64,000 bases of DNA. It comes from Octopus vulgaris (lineage: Eukaryota). The position numbers and the translations under genes are program-made. Every line of letters begins with the position of its first letter. The stretch's first letter is position 1. The notes beneath the pieces are model-generated. The model searched no databases, was not told the origin of the DNA, and saw nothing but the letters and a program-made list of their open reading frames with translations. Shown piece after piece: positions 1-11,794 of the stretch. The stretch spans positions 17,050,001-17,114,000 of the forward strand of contig OX597834.1 of assembly GCA_951406725.2 (NCBI GenBank). The letters are read 5' to 3'.

Positions 1-1064
1 TGATATATATATACATAAAACTTTCAATTTAGATTGCTTCAAAATGGGTTTGTATCATTAACCCAAGGGTGGTCTCAAAGGGGTTAGTATTAAAAGGATT
101 GATAACTAATCTATCAGGCAGTGAATCCATACAAAAGCTCTGATTCACTTTCAATTATTAGGTAGCAATTACAACATCCTGGTGATATGGGGGGCTGTGA
201 AGAAAACAGTCCATTCTTTCGCACAATGAACTTTTTACATTTTTTTCTGTGGTTGTGATGTTTACTTCATTAGTATATGAAGGAGACTAGATTTTAGGTT
301 TTGTTTGTGTTTATTGAGCCCTCGTGGTTGTAACAGATGTATGTATTTGAGGCATTGTTGTGAAGACTTTGTTAGTCTTCTCACAAGCACTGATATTGTT
401 TGACATGTGTAAGCCTTATAAGGCATTACTGGAAAGCTAAATACAACTGGTACATCCTTATGCATACACAGATTGGTTGTCCTACAGACTTCCTGAATGC
501 TGTACAGTATTATGATGGATGATGTGGTTGAGCTGGATGTGAACGATCTTGATCAGGTAGTACCATTTCACCCGAGACTGTCCTGGTTCTTAATATCTAG
601 ATCATTTTATTGTTTCAGTCATTTGCATGTGACCATGCTGGGGTACTGCCGTGAAAGGATTTAGTTGCCTCACCCACCCACAGAAGTACTTTTCAAATTT
701 TTGGAAGCCTGGTACTTATTTCATCAGTCTATTTTGCCGAACTGCTAAGTTACGGGTTTGTAGACAAACCAACACCAGTTGTTGAGCGGTGGGAGACAAA
801 ATACATATATACTATGATCTTTCAGCTTCCACCAGGGTTATAGCAGAAGACTCTTGCCTGAGGTGTCAGACAGCCACATCTGTGCCTATATGAATTAGAA
901 CCTTTTTTTTTATTTATTTCATATAAGTATTTTGCTAATTTTCTGAATTCCTCTATTTAAAATTTGAGAGTCTTGTGAAATGACAAATTTGGAGTGTGAA
1001 GATAGGCTGTATAGCAAACTCGTATTTTAACCAGAAAAAATTTTGTGGGGTGGGATTCTCTTTC

Positions 1065-1134
1065 TGCAGTCCAATGATTTAAACCTATTTCATTATCTTT
1101 TGTGCTGATAATCCTGCAATTATGAGGACTTGCA
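1065..1134 (+). ncRNA. SNORD96: Box C/D snoRNA, SNORD96-like (5.8S rRNA G75-equivalent methylation guide), copy 1
   Basis: Terminal stem tgcagtcc/ggacttgca, 3-nt bulge then C-like box ATGATTT (1074-1080), guide TCCTGCAATT directly before D-like box ATGA (1122-1125). Guide is complementary to conserved 5.8S AAUUGCAGGA. Vertebrate SNORD96A has the same guide and is also hosted in a RACK1 intron. Confidence 0.8.
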
Positions 1135-1818
1135 ATTTTCTTCATGGCTATATTTGCTTTGCTTGCTTTTACAGATTTGTATGGTTTAGAAGTAATTTTT
1201 CTTAACTCCATAATCTGCTATATTTTGTCTCGTACAAGTTCCTTCAATTTTTTCCCTTATTAGTCTTGGTTATAGGTACAGGCATGGTTGTGTGATCAAA
1301 AAGTTTGCTTCCCAACTATATGCTTTCAGGTTCAGTTCAACTATTTGGCACCTTAGGCAAGTGTTTACTATAACCCCAGACTGGTCAAATCCTTGCCATA
1401 ACATCCAGTGGTAGCTGTAAATGAGTGTCACTGTCATACAAGTGGTGTTCTTCAATTCCAGTCTTCTAAACATGTTTGGCCATGGAGAAATATTACCTTG
1501 GAAACAGTTGACGATTACTGGCGGGAAGAGCATCTAGCCATAAATAAAATTTACCTTAAACCATTCTGTCCAAACCATGTGGGCAGAGAAAAGTAGATGC
1601 TCAAACCGATGCTGCTGCTGATGAATTAATCGCAGTAACATGTTTTGTAGACACTCTCAAACTTAGGGCAAAGTTGTGGTTGATGTTAATTTTGAACTTT
1701 TCCTGGAAAAACATTGGTGAGTTAAGAATTCTAGAGGACTTAAGTTCTGGGAAGGAATGGTTAGTGTGCAGTGTACTAATTAATACTTTGCTAACCAAAC
1801 AACATTAATCCCTATTTC

Positions 1819-1887
1819 AGACTCAGTGATGGAAACAATTGTATTAGCTATTGATATGGAATGAGAACACCTTTTTTCTGAGAGTCT
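1819..1887 (+). ncRNA. Box C/D snoRNA candidate, family not assigned
   Basis: 6-bp terminal stem agactc/gagtct, C box GTGATGG (1826-1832), canonical D box CTGA (1878-1881), exact K-turn spacing. Internal TGTATTAGCT and AACACCTTTT match conserved 18S and 28S segments as I recall them. Confidence 0.7.
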
Positions 1888-2682
1888 TCACATTATATTG
1901 ATGTTGTTTGGTTTATCAATCAATGTATAAAGGCCTTTTGTGACTCTGTTTTAAATAAAATACACTGCCTATGTTTTCCATTTACCTTCTCTACCCACAA
2001 TTCCTGGGAGGGTCATTGGGATAAAGTCCTCACATACTCCTCTGTTGGGTCCTATCAGATGCAACTGTCATTTCTTCCTGGTCTCCCAAGTATAACCAGC
2101 TGAGACTGGATATTACCCATCTATCTTGTTCTTGGTCTACCATCAGGTTTCCTGCTGCTTGGCTTAGCTTGGTTCAAAGAATTTTTGTAATCCATTTCTT
2201 TGGTATTCCAATCACACTTCTGTAGTACCAGAACTGTGTAAAGAGGCAGTGGTTTGACCTGGAGAGACTCCTTGATTACCAAGTTACGCATCCTATCTAG
2301 TAACATTACTCCAGCTATCCTTCAATGGAATTGCATTTCAGGCACTTGTATTTGCAATCATACTGACAGGTCCCCGGCGGATTCTTTGCTGCCTGTGTTT
2401 CAAAAATGAAAATTATTGAGAGATCTTAAAATGCTTTTCCTTTAGTCTTGGAACAATCAGTACAGCATTGGAGAAAATATATTTAGTTATGTCCCTTTAG
2501 ACACTGATTCCACTTGACCGTTTACCTTCTGAAGTAGCATCAGTTCTGGGGTTCGAGGCATGGTTATGTATTATGGTGGGGAGGGGCATGTTTTCAGAAA
2601 GATAAAAAATTTGTTTCTTTTTCAATTGGCAAATTTACTCCTTTTCTCAGATGTTAATTTTGTACATGATATATATTGTTCC

Positions 2683-2756
2683 TTGCAGTCCACTGATTAA
2701 AACTTTCATTTCATTATCTTAAATGTTGATAATCCTGCAATTATGAGGACTTGCAA
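2683..2756 (+). ncRNA. SNORD96: Box C/D snoRNA, SNORD96-like, copy 2
   Basis: Paralog of 1065-1134: stem ttgcagtcc/ggacttgcaa, C-like CTGATTA (2693-2699), guide TCCTGCAATT, D-like ATGA (2743-2746). Lies about 83 nt upstream of the 3' splice site, the usual position for intronic C/D snoRNAs. Confidence 0.85.
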
Positions 2757-2829
2757 GTTTCTTTGTTACATTGCATCAGTATTTTAAAGGGGTTTTTTTT
2801 TTCCTTACTATTTCATTTCTCCATTTCAG

Positions 2830-2925
2830 GAAGAGGGCCACGCAGATTGGGCATCTTGTGTCCGTTTTTCTCCTAGCACCACTCACCCTATCATTGTGTC
2901 CTGTGGCTGGGATAAAATTGTAAAG
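2830..2925 (+). CDS. RACK1: RACK1 exon (96 nt): [32 protein letters not shown]
   Basis: ttcag acceptor, gtttgt donor. Translation matches RACK1 WD40 repeat 4. Upstream exons lie outside the window. Confidence 0.97.
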
Positions 2926-3049
2926 GTTTGTAGATGTTTCCATACTCAGATAAATATTGCATTATGCAAGCTCTCTGATATTTCTGAAACCTGATAAATG
3001 GTATGAATTATTTACTGTTATTTTGTTAATATAATCTGATGTTTTCTAG

Positions 3050-3160
3050 GTGTGGAATCTTACCAACTGCAAGCTGAAGACTAATCACCATGGACATGCT
3101 GGATTTTTGAACACTGTTACTGTTTCTCCTGATGGTTCTCTCTGTGCCTCAGGTGGCAAG
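3050..3160 (+). CDS. RACK1: RACK1 exon (111 nt): [37 protein letters not shown]
   Basis: ttctag acceptor, non-canonical donor AAG|gcaagt. Unmistakable RACK1 sequence. Confidence 0.97.
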
Positions 3161-3432
3161 GCAAGTTCATGTTCATTTTTTTTATTTATTTATTTATTTT
3201 TTTTTTACAATATATTTAAAGACTCCTGCTCTACAATTATGTATACTTCACAATACAATACCATTATTTGACCTGAAAGTAAAACTGTGCCTCTGATTTG
3301 TATTTCTAGTTAGGTGATGATTTAGAGAACAGTAATATGAGAATATCTATTTCTGGGAGTTTGGAATTAATATTTTGTAACCAATATTTCTTCATAATTA
3401 CATTGATTTTATTTTTTACTTCTTTTTTTTAG

Positions 3433-3603
<171 letters not shown>

Positions 3604-3752
3604 TAATTTAGTATTGCAAAACCACAAGTTATTTAGTTTGTAGATCTATGGATTAACCTTTCTAATCCAGCTAAATGCATAATAGTTCCTGATGACTACT
3701 TACTAATTTTGTAATTCATAACTTTTATGAAATAAACTTAGGAATGTTTCTG

Positions 3753-3974
3753 TACAAGGAGGTACTGAAAGGTTCTTGGCTTCAAAGGTATTGCAAAAGG
3801 CCTGGTTGGAGGCTCAAACCTCTGAGTTCTTTTACAGGGTTTGGAAAAACTGAAGGACCACTGCAATAAGTGTGTGAATCCGAGAGGGAAATGTGTTGAG
3901 TAAAATCATAGTCAACTGATCCTCCTGTATTTTTTTTTTACACAAAGCCAGAAACTTTTCAGTATCTCTTCGTA
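3753..3974 (+). mobile_element. Mariner-derived MITE in RACK1 intron
   Basis: TA-bounded degenerate TIRs (tacaaggaggtactgaaaggttcttggc / gccagaaacttttcagtatctcttcgta). Internal KCVNPRGKCVE* resembles a mariner transposase C-terminus. Sister copy at 34218-34427. Confidence 0.75.
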
Positions 3975-4369
3975 TATCAAGTTCCTCTCTCTCTCTTGAA
4001 ATAATGAATTACCCTCTGCATAGATAGTGTTTCTTGTGTGTACAGTTATATGTACAACTGCTGTAGGTGGGTTGAGAGCTCCTTGTAAAGTATCAACATC
4101 CAGCATATTTCCACTGCAGTAGTGTAATTACTACTGTACTTATCAGTATTACTGGTTATAATATACAGAGCAAATGTAAAAAATGTTCCTCTGTTGAACT
4201 GCTGTGACTCAGCATCCAATTGCACTTAGAACACCCACTGCAGAAGTTGCAATTAACCACAATGGTGAAATGTTTGTAGGGAATATATATGAACTTATGC
4301 TTGTTGTTATATTTTTTTCCGGTGTATATATATAAATACATGTGAATTATTTTATTTTTCTGATTGCAG

Positions 4370-4543
4370 GATCTTGAAGGCAAAAATGTTGTTGATGAGC
4401 TTCGTCCAGAAGTTATTACCCAAAGTACAAAGTCACAACCCAACTGTATGTCTTTGGCTTGGTCTGCTGATGGTCAAACATTGTTTGCTGGTTACACAGA
4501 TAATAATATCCGTGTCTGGCAAGTGTCTACTGCCGCTCGCTGA
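4370..4543 (+). CDS. RACK1: RACK1 last coding exon: [15 protein letters not shown]...[30 protein letters not shown]
   Basis: ttgcag acceptor, 58 codons to TGA, canonical RACK1 C-terminus. Confidence 0.97.
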   Translation, partial: DLEGKNVVDELRPEVITQSTKSQPNCMSLAWSADGQTLFAGYTDNNIRVWQVSTAAR

Positions 4544-4595
4544 ACAATTTAAAATCACCCTAAAATGCATGATAGTGGCTGTTCAGATTAATATC

Positions 4596-4601
4596 AATAA
4601 A
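4596..4601 (+). terminator. RACK1 polyadenylation signal AATAAA
   Basis: About 53 nt after the stop codon, followed by GT/T-rich sequence near 4630-4650. Confidence 0.7.
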
Positions 4602-6834
4602 ATGTCTAAAAAAAAGTGGAACTTATCATGTTTGTTACTGTTATTTTTAATATAATCTGTCAGTTTAGATCAGTATCAACCAGGGTCCTTGGCGGACCAC
4701 ATAAGGTTTTTTCTGTTAAAATTCATGTGCAATAAATTTCTACAATGCAAGAAATATTTAAAAAAAAATTTTTTTCAACAATTCTTAATAATATTGTTGC
4801 AAAATGTAGCCTCCTGACACCAACACGATTCCAGCAGCTGGGAAGATGCAGGCCAGCCTAGCAAGTCATATTGCTTAGAGCGAAAGAAGTAGTCATACAC
4901 AGCTAGATGTCTTGTGAAATGTAGTTCTTTGCTGCCCGGGTTCACACTGACTAGTTTTTCCTTTCCCAGGTTTACATCACCAATTGACACCGCACATTCC
5001 CATGCCAATTTAAATTGTCCACCTCAGAAAAACACAAAAACCATGCAGCATGCTTTAAATTGGTGACACTAACATTATTTTTCAACGAATTAAGAATCCA
5101 TTATTTGTAGAACTAGAGACAGCAGTCTTATTTCCATACCATTTAAACCGGCCAAAAGTATTCTGCTTGTTTTATGTTCAAACTGGCCAGATCTAGTCTC
5201 TCACACCAACCCTACAATATTGTTTTAAAAATTAACAGCTACCTCTTTAAAATATCTTAGCTACAAGATAATGCCTGATTAGTTCAAAATAATGTGGATC
5301 AAAAAGGATTAATTGTGGCAGAATAATGTGAACACTAAATGGTTAGATTTATAAGAATATTTCTTCCATTTGCTGCAAATAGTTGACTTTATATTCTTTC
5401 GTGACAATATTATAAAAATATATGGGACTTTTAAACATTGACTGTTTGCCTGGATCCAGTAGAGTAAGCAAAAAAATGGTTGATAAACACTGGTTTAGAT
5501 GGTTAACACTCCAACTTGAAATGTTTGAATATTCCAATAAAGTAGATTTTTACTTACAAAAGCCTGACTACATTTAGATATATTGCTCAGTATGGGAAAT
5601 GGGTGTTAAATGATGAAGATGTAGGCACAAGTGTGGCTGAAGTTTGCTTCCTAACATTGGTCAGTTGGATCTACAGGCTTTTGAACTCAAGGAACTATGG
5701 CTCCAGGCAGTTTGCTGTATTTGAAAAGACCTGTCAACTTAAGTAAAAGCATGGTTGCCCTTGCATGCAGGCTTGTCCCATGCAATCCTCTCCTGCTGAG
5801 CATTCCTAATCTAGTAGGTGCCAGTGCCACGTAAAAGGCACCCAGTATACACACCAAAGTGGTTGGCATTAGGAAGGGCATCCAGATGTGGAAACCATGA
5901 TAAAACCGATGTAGGCTCAACAGCCCTTCAGCTGGTTAGCTGCTGTCAAACAGTCTGAACCTTGCCTGCGTGAAAGCTGGACATTAAATGATGGTCCACA
6001 GAAACTGGGAAATGTGTGTGTGGGCTCGTTTTGATATTACATAATGGTTAATGAACATGATTGTTTTCAGCCTTCTATGAAAGACGTCTGATCAGAGAGG
6101 AAATATTACCTAGCTTGTCAACAGGTTAGGCAACTGGCTGTAGGAAAATCTGCCTCAAGAAATTGACCCATGCAAGCATGAAGAAGACAGCCAATGACAA
6201 TATAAATCAGATGCAGCTGTGTGATGAAGTTTGCTCTTGGGTCCAAGCACACTTTGGTACTTTGGCAAACCCCTGGACGACCAAAGCCTTGGAAGTGGAT
6301 TTCACAGACAAGCTAAGAAGCCCATCATATATGTGTGTTACTGTCTTCTTGTCTTGGCTTAATGTAATGGTTGTTAAACAGATGTTGCCATCTTGCAATT
6401 GGTATCCCTCGTTTCCAATCTTCCGTGAAAACATGTCTGGTCATGGGTAAATATTGTCTTACTTGGAAATGGGTGAGGGTTGGCAACAAGGACATCAGGC
6501 TGAAGAGAAATTTGCCTCAACAAATTCTATCTGATCCATACAAACATGGAAAAGTGGACATCAAGTGATTATATATAGTAGAAGATACTATTCCATAGTA
6601 CACGTTTCTTTACCAATTGATGTTACAGTGGTATACATATAGGAAAACAACAACTCGTCAAATAGAGAATTAAAATATAGTCCCAGTACTAAATGTATTT
6701 TCAACTCATGTGGATCCTAACATCTACAGATATATCAACTTGGAAAACGAATCTACATATGTGCTTCGTGAGGGCACAGCTTGGACTATAACTCTATGTG
6801 ACATCTTAGGCAATTCTCCTCCACTATATCCTTG

Positions 6835-7697
6835 GGCCAACCAAAGCCTTGTGAGTGGGTTTTGTAGATAGAAACTGAAAGAAGCCAATCGTATATACAT
6901 GTATGGCTGTGTGGTAAGAAGCTTGGTTCTGGGTTCAGTGCTACTGCATGGCATCTTGGGCAAGTGCCTTCTACTATACTCTCAGGCCAACCAAAGCCAT
7001 GTGAGTGGATTTAGTGTATGGAAACTGAAAGAAGCCTATCATATATACAGGTGTGGCTCTGAATGGCATCTTGGGCAAGTGCCTTCTACTAAAGTCTCAG
7101 GCCGACCAAAGCTCTGTGGGTGGATTTGCTAGATGGAAACTGAAAGAAGCCTGTCATATTTGTTCTGCCCACCACCACTTGACAACCCTGTGCTGGTGTG
7201 TTTACATCCCTTTAACTTAGCAGTTCAGCAAAAGAGACTGATGGAATAAATACCAGGCTTTTAAGAAAATAAGTACTGAGATTGATACATTCAACTAAGA
7301 ATTCTTCAAAGCATGGCCACTGTGGTAAGTAGCTTGCTAACCAACCACATGGTTCAGGGTTCAGTCCCACTACGTGGCATCTTGGGCAAGTGTCTTCTGC
7401 TATAGCCCCGGGCCGACCAATGCCATGTGAGTGGATTTGGTAGACGGAAACTGAAAGAAGCCTGTCGTATATATGTATATATATATGTGTGTTTGTGTTT
7501 GCCCCCCCCCCCCCTGCTTGACAACCGATGCTGTTGTGTTTACGTCCCCGTCACTTAGCGGTTCAGCAAAAGAGACCGATAGAATAAGTACTGGGCTTAC
7601 AAAAGAATAAGTCCCAGGGTCGATTTGCTCGACTAAAGGCGGTGCTCCAGCATGGCCACAGTCAAATGACTGAAACAAGTAAAAGAGTAAAGAGAGT
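6835..7697 (+). mobile_element. Tandem cluster of tRNA-derived SINE family A copies; near-complete copy at about 7312-7697
   Basis: Repeated tggctgtgtggtaag...ggttcagtcccactg...gggcaagtgtcttct head and gactgaaacaagtaaaagagtaaaagag tail. Confidence 0.85.
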
Positions 7698-8872
7698 ATG
7701 TGTTTGCCCCCTACCACTACTTGACAATCAGTGTTGGTCTGTTTGATAAACGAGCTCCAAGCAAAAGGTTGGGTTGGCACAAGCTTACCTAGCAGTCTGG
7801 CAAAATAGATTGATAAAATAAGTACTGGGGTCAAATCATTCGACTACAAAATTCTTCAAAGCAATGCCCCTGCATGGTCAACGTCCAATGAGTGAAACAA
7901 GTAAAAGATATACATACATGGTAGTGGATCCGTCATTTTATCATCTGAATTAATGTGTGACAAGCTGAACATTGCAGGCAGCATGATTTTGCAACAGAAT
8001 CACTGCAATTGGCAGTATGTTTTGACTTGGAGATACAATCCATCCAACAGTGTCCATCTGCCCAATTTCACTCACAAGATATGGGTCAATCTAAGGCAAT
8101 AGAATATGACATTTGTCCAACATACTATGCAGGTATAGGAGTGGCTGTGTGGTAAGTAGTTTGCTTACCAACCACATGGTTCCGGGTTCAGTCCCACTGC
8201 GTGGCACCTTGGGCAAGTGTCTTCTATAGCCTCGGGCCGACCAAAGCCTTGTGTGGATTTGGTAGACAGAAACTGAAAGAAGCCTGTCGTATATATGTAT
8301 ATATATGTTCTCTCTAGAGAACATTCTTTTCTTTTTCTTTGTAGTTTGATCGTTGGTGATCTACTTCTAGCATACGGCTGTCCACATAGTGGTTTTTAGC
8401 TCTTTAAATATACACATGTATTAGAATTTTCTCTGATTTTTCAGATTTTTGTGTGCTATGCTACTGGTTTTAAATTGATATTAATTAAATCAATATTCAA
8501 TTTATCTCCATCATTATTTAAATTTATATGTATATATATGTATGTGTGTCTGTGTTTGTTCCCTCCCCCACAACATCGTTTGACAGCCAATGCTGGTGTG
8601 TTTACGTCCCAGTAACTTAGCGGTTCGGTTATTTCTAGCAGATCAATTCTTCCTAACTTTAGCACAAGGCCAGCAAGTTTGATAGGAGGGGGTAAGTTGT
8701 TTACATTAACCCCCTCAGAACTTCAATGGTCTTTATTTTATTAGCTCTGAAAAGTTGAAAGACGAAGTTGACCTTGAGGAATTTGAACTCAGAATGTAAC
8801 AAGTTGGAAGAGTTACATCCAATGCTCTAATGATTTTGGCAGCTCAAACGTAATGCTTTAGCTTCGTTACTC

Positions 8873-9566
8873 TCTTTCTCTTTTACTCTTTTACTTGTTT
8901 TAGTCATTTGATTGTGGCCATGCTGGAGCACCGCCTTTAGATGAGCAAATAGACCCCAGGACTTATTCTTTGTAAGCCTAGTACTTATTCTTTCTATCGG
9001 TCTCTTTTGCCAAACTGCTAAGTTACGGGGACATAAACACACAAGCATCGGTTGTCAAGCAATGTGTGGGGCGGGGGGGGGGGTAAACACAGACACACAC
9101 ATGCACATGTATATATATCTATCTATCTATCCGCTCAGTCGAAGTTGACTCTCGGTCACTCGTTGGATCAGTGTCCTCCACTCAGTTCTATCCTGGGCCG
9201 CTTCTTTCAGACTGGCTATGTCCATTCCGGTATCCCTCTTGATGGTGTCAAGCCAGCGGGTTCTTGGTCGGCCTATTCCTCACTTGCCACTGACCATTCC
9301 GAGCATGATGTCCTTCTCCAGGGATTTTCTCCGCATAATATGACTGAAATATGCCAATCTATGCTTGGTGATATATATATATATATATATACATACATAT
9401 ATACGACAAGCTTCTTTCAGTTTCTGTCTGCCAAATCCACTCACAAGGCTTTGGTCGGCCTGAGGCTATAGTAGAAGATACTTGCCCAAGGTGCCATGCA
9501 GTGGGACTGAACCCGGAACCATGTGGCTTGTAAGCAAGCTACTTACCACACAGCCGCTCCTACGCC
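8873..9566 (-). mobile_element. SINE family A copy interrupted by an RTE 3' fragment
   Basis: Reverse complement of the 44983-45394 element, with an insertion in its central (TA)n tract. Confidence 0.85.
9127..9372 (-). mobile_element. RTE-clade LINE 3' end fragment (246 bp)
   Basis: Near-identical to 52967-53212, which encodes YFGHIMRR...GKRERGRSRTRWLD...AAQDRTDWR, typical of an RTE ORF C-terminus. Confidence 0.85.
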
Positions 9567-10377
9567 GTGAAATGAAATTGTTTGGAATGCAGTGGGATTT
9601 GGACTCAAACGAAACATCTCTAAGCATTTCGTACAATACTTAATGATTCTGCCAGCTTGAACATTGTGCTGTAAACCTCTTCCTCAGTAGTAGGGGAAAT
9701 GGAATTATTTTTGGAACAGTCATCACCAAAGTAATTATAAATAACAAAAACATTAAAGATTAAATTTAGGATAGATTATTAGTATTATTTTTTCAAATTT
9801 TATTTTCTTTAATTTATTATTGATAACATGAAAGGTTTCATCAGATGAAAATCTATTGTACACATTTTTTTCATTACAACATTGTAATCAAGAGAGAGAA
9901 CAATTTGCACACAATAGTTTTACTACTACATCAATAATTATGCAATCAGTGGAAGCCATTTTTTTTCTTCAGTTTTCTTGCACCATCTTTATAAATATAT
10001 AAAAAAAAAAAGACAAAATGCTTTGCCCTACATATTTGTATTTCTTTGAAAAATTATTCGTATTACCTTCCATATATTTATTAGTAGTCAGTTACTTCAA
10101 ATGACTTCTTATTTTGCAGTATTTGAACTTATAAACTGTGAGGAGAAACAGAACTTTTTAACTGGCCTCCTTCAAACAATTTTGATAAGATTATACAGCT
10201 GTGTATTACATGTATTTTGTTTACAGAAAAAAAAAAGGGGGACTTTTTTCCCAAAAAACAAGTGTTTTTTTTCTTTTAACCAAATCATGAAAAAAAACAA
10301 AACATTTGGCATAAAAAGTTTCCAGGGTTTAAATATTTCAATTTATTTTGTTTCTGTTTTTACTTAACGCAAAGGGC

Positions 10378-10391
10378 TTATGTATATATAC

Positions 10392-10464
<73 letters not shown>

Positions 10465-10471
10465 GTGTATA

Positions 10472-10502
<31 letters not shown>

Positions 10503-10611
10503 GAGCATATAAACACCTATGTATATATGCATGTATACATATATATACATATACATATTATACACACACACATATATATATATATACATATATATATACA
10601 TATATATATAT

Positions 10612-10674
<63 letters not shown>

Positions 10675-10733
10675 TATATATATATACACATATATATATA
10701 TATATACACACACATATATATATATATACATAC

Positions 10734-10780
<47 letters not shown>

Positions 10781-11166
10781 TATATTATATATATATATAT
10801 ATATATGCATATATTATATATACATATATATGCAATACATTTGTATATATTGTATACACAATTAGGGGAGCGAGGATGGGTGCAATATAATAATATAATA
10901 ATATTATTATTATACTGCCACTAGCAGTAACAGAAATTATGATTAAATATGTATTTGATTTTTCTGATAAAGTGTTGTAACAAGATATAATGCATCATTT
11001 ATCTTACCTTAATAGTTTATTTTGTCACTTCATTTATTAAAAGAATTCTATTCGTTTCAAATTTCGTTTAAGGTTTATAGAGTAAAAAAAAAACCAACTC
11101 AAAATTATATATATATATACACACATATATGTATGTATGATTGTATGTAAATGTATACATATACAC

Positions 11167-11207
<41 letters not shown>

Positions 11208-11306
11208 TACAAACATATATGTATGTACATATATATACATGCATACATATATATATATACACACACACACAAACATATATATGTATGTACATATACATAC
11301 ATATAT

Positions 11307-11341
<35 letters not shown>

Positions 11342-11345
11342 CACT
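10378..11345. repeat. (TA)n/(CA)n compound microsatellite blocks
   Basis: Directly visible. These blocks produce the YI/HT-rich pseudo-ORFs. Confidence 0.95.
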
Positions 11346-11624
11346 TCAGCTATTTAAGAAACATATATATAGCTTGCATATTACCTGTCCCAATCCTTTA
11401 AATTTTGGATTTTATTTATATATATATATACATATATATATATGCATGTGTGTTTATGTATATGTATATATTACTGAATCAAGAATAAATCTAAGCTCTA
11501 TAATTCTGCATCTGAACTATTATTTTCTTATTTGGTGAATTACACACAAAAAAAAAACACCACCATCTCCAAACAATAAATATCAACCCTAAAGACGCTG
11601 TTTTTGCATCATGGTGCACAATAG

Positions 11625-11794
11625 TTAATCATATAGTCCAGCATTTACTGCATTGCATGGATGGCTCGCATCGTCGCAACTACAGCAACAGACATTGTCC
11701 TTTACTTTGCTCGTGATGGCTACCCCTGCATCATGCATGATTTTTTTTCTTTTGGCGAAGGCAGTGGGCATCATTTGCTCACGGACCCTATCGC
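11625..11794 (-). CDS. Putative terminal coding exon: DRVREQMMPTAFAKRKKIMHDAGVAITSKVKDNVCCCSCDDASHPCNAVNAGLYD*
   Basis: Acceptor cttttcttttgttgtgatcag, unique sequence more GC-rich than its flanks, 56-codon phase-1 frame to TAA, minus-strand AATAAA signals near 9800-9820. Parent gene uncertain. Confidence 0.5.

Noticed and set aside
504-581. Possible further C/D snoRNA (ATGATGG...CCGA with acagt/actgt stem)
   Set aside because: Stem register does not fit a K-turn and I recognise no target for the guide region.
3314-3410. Perfect C box GTGATGA in a RACK1 intron
   Set aside because: No D box with a closing stem at a suitable distance and no recognisable rRNA guide.
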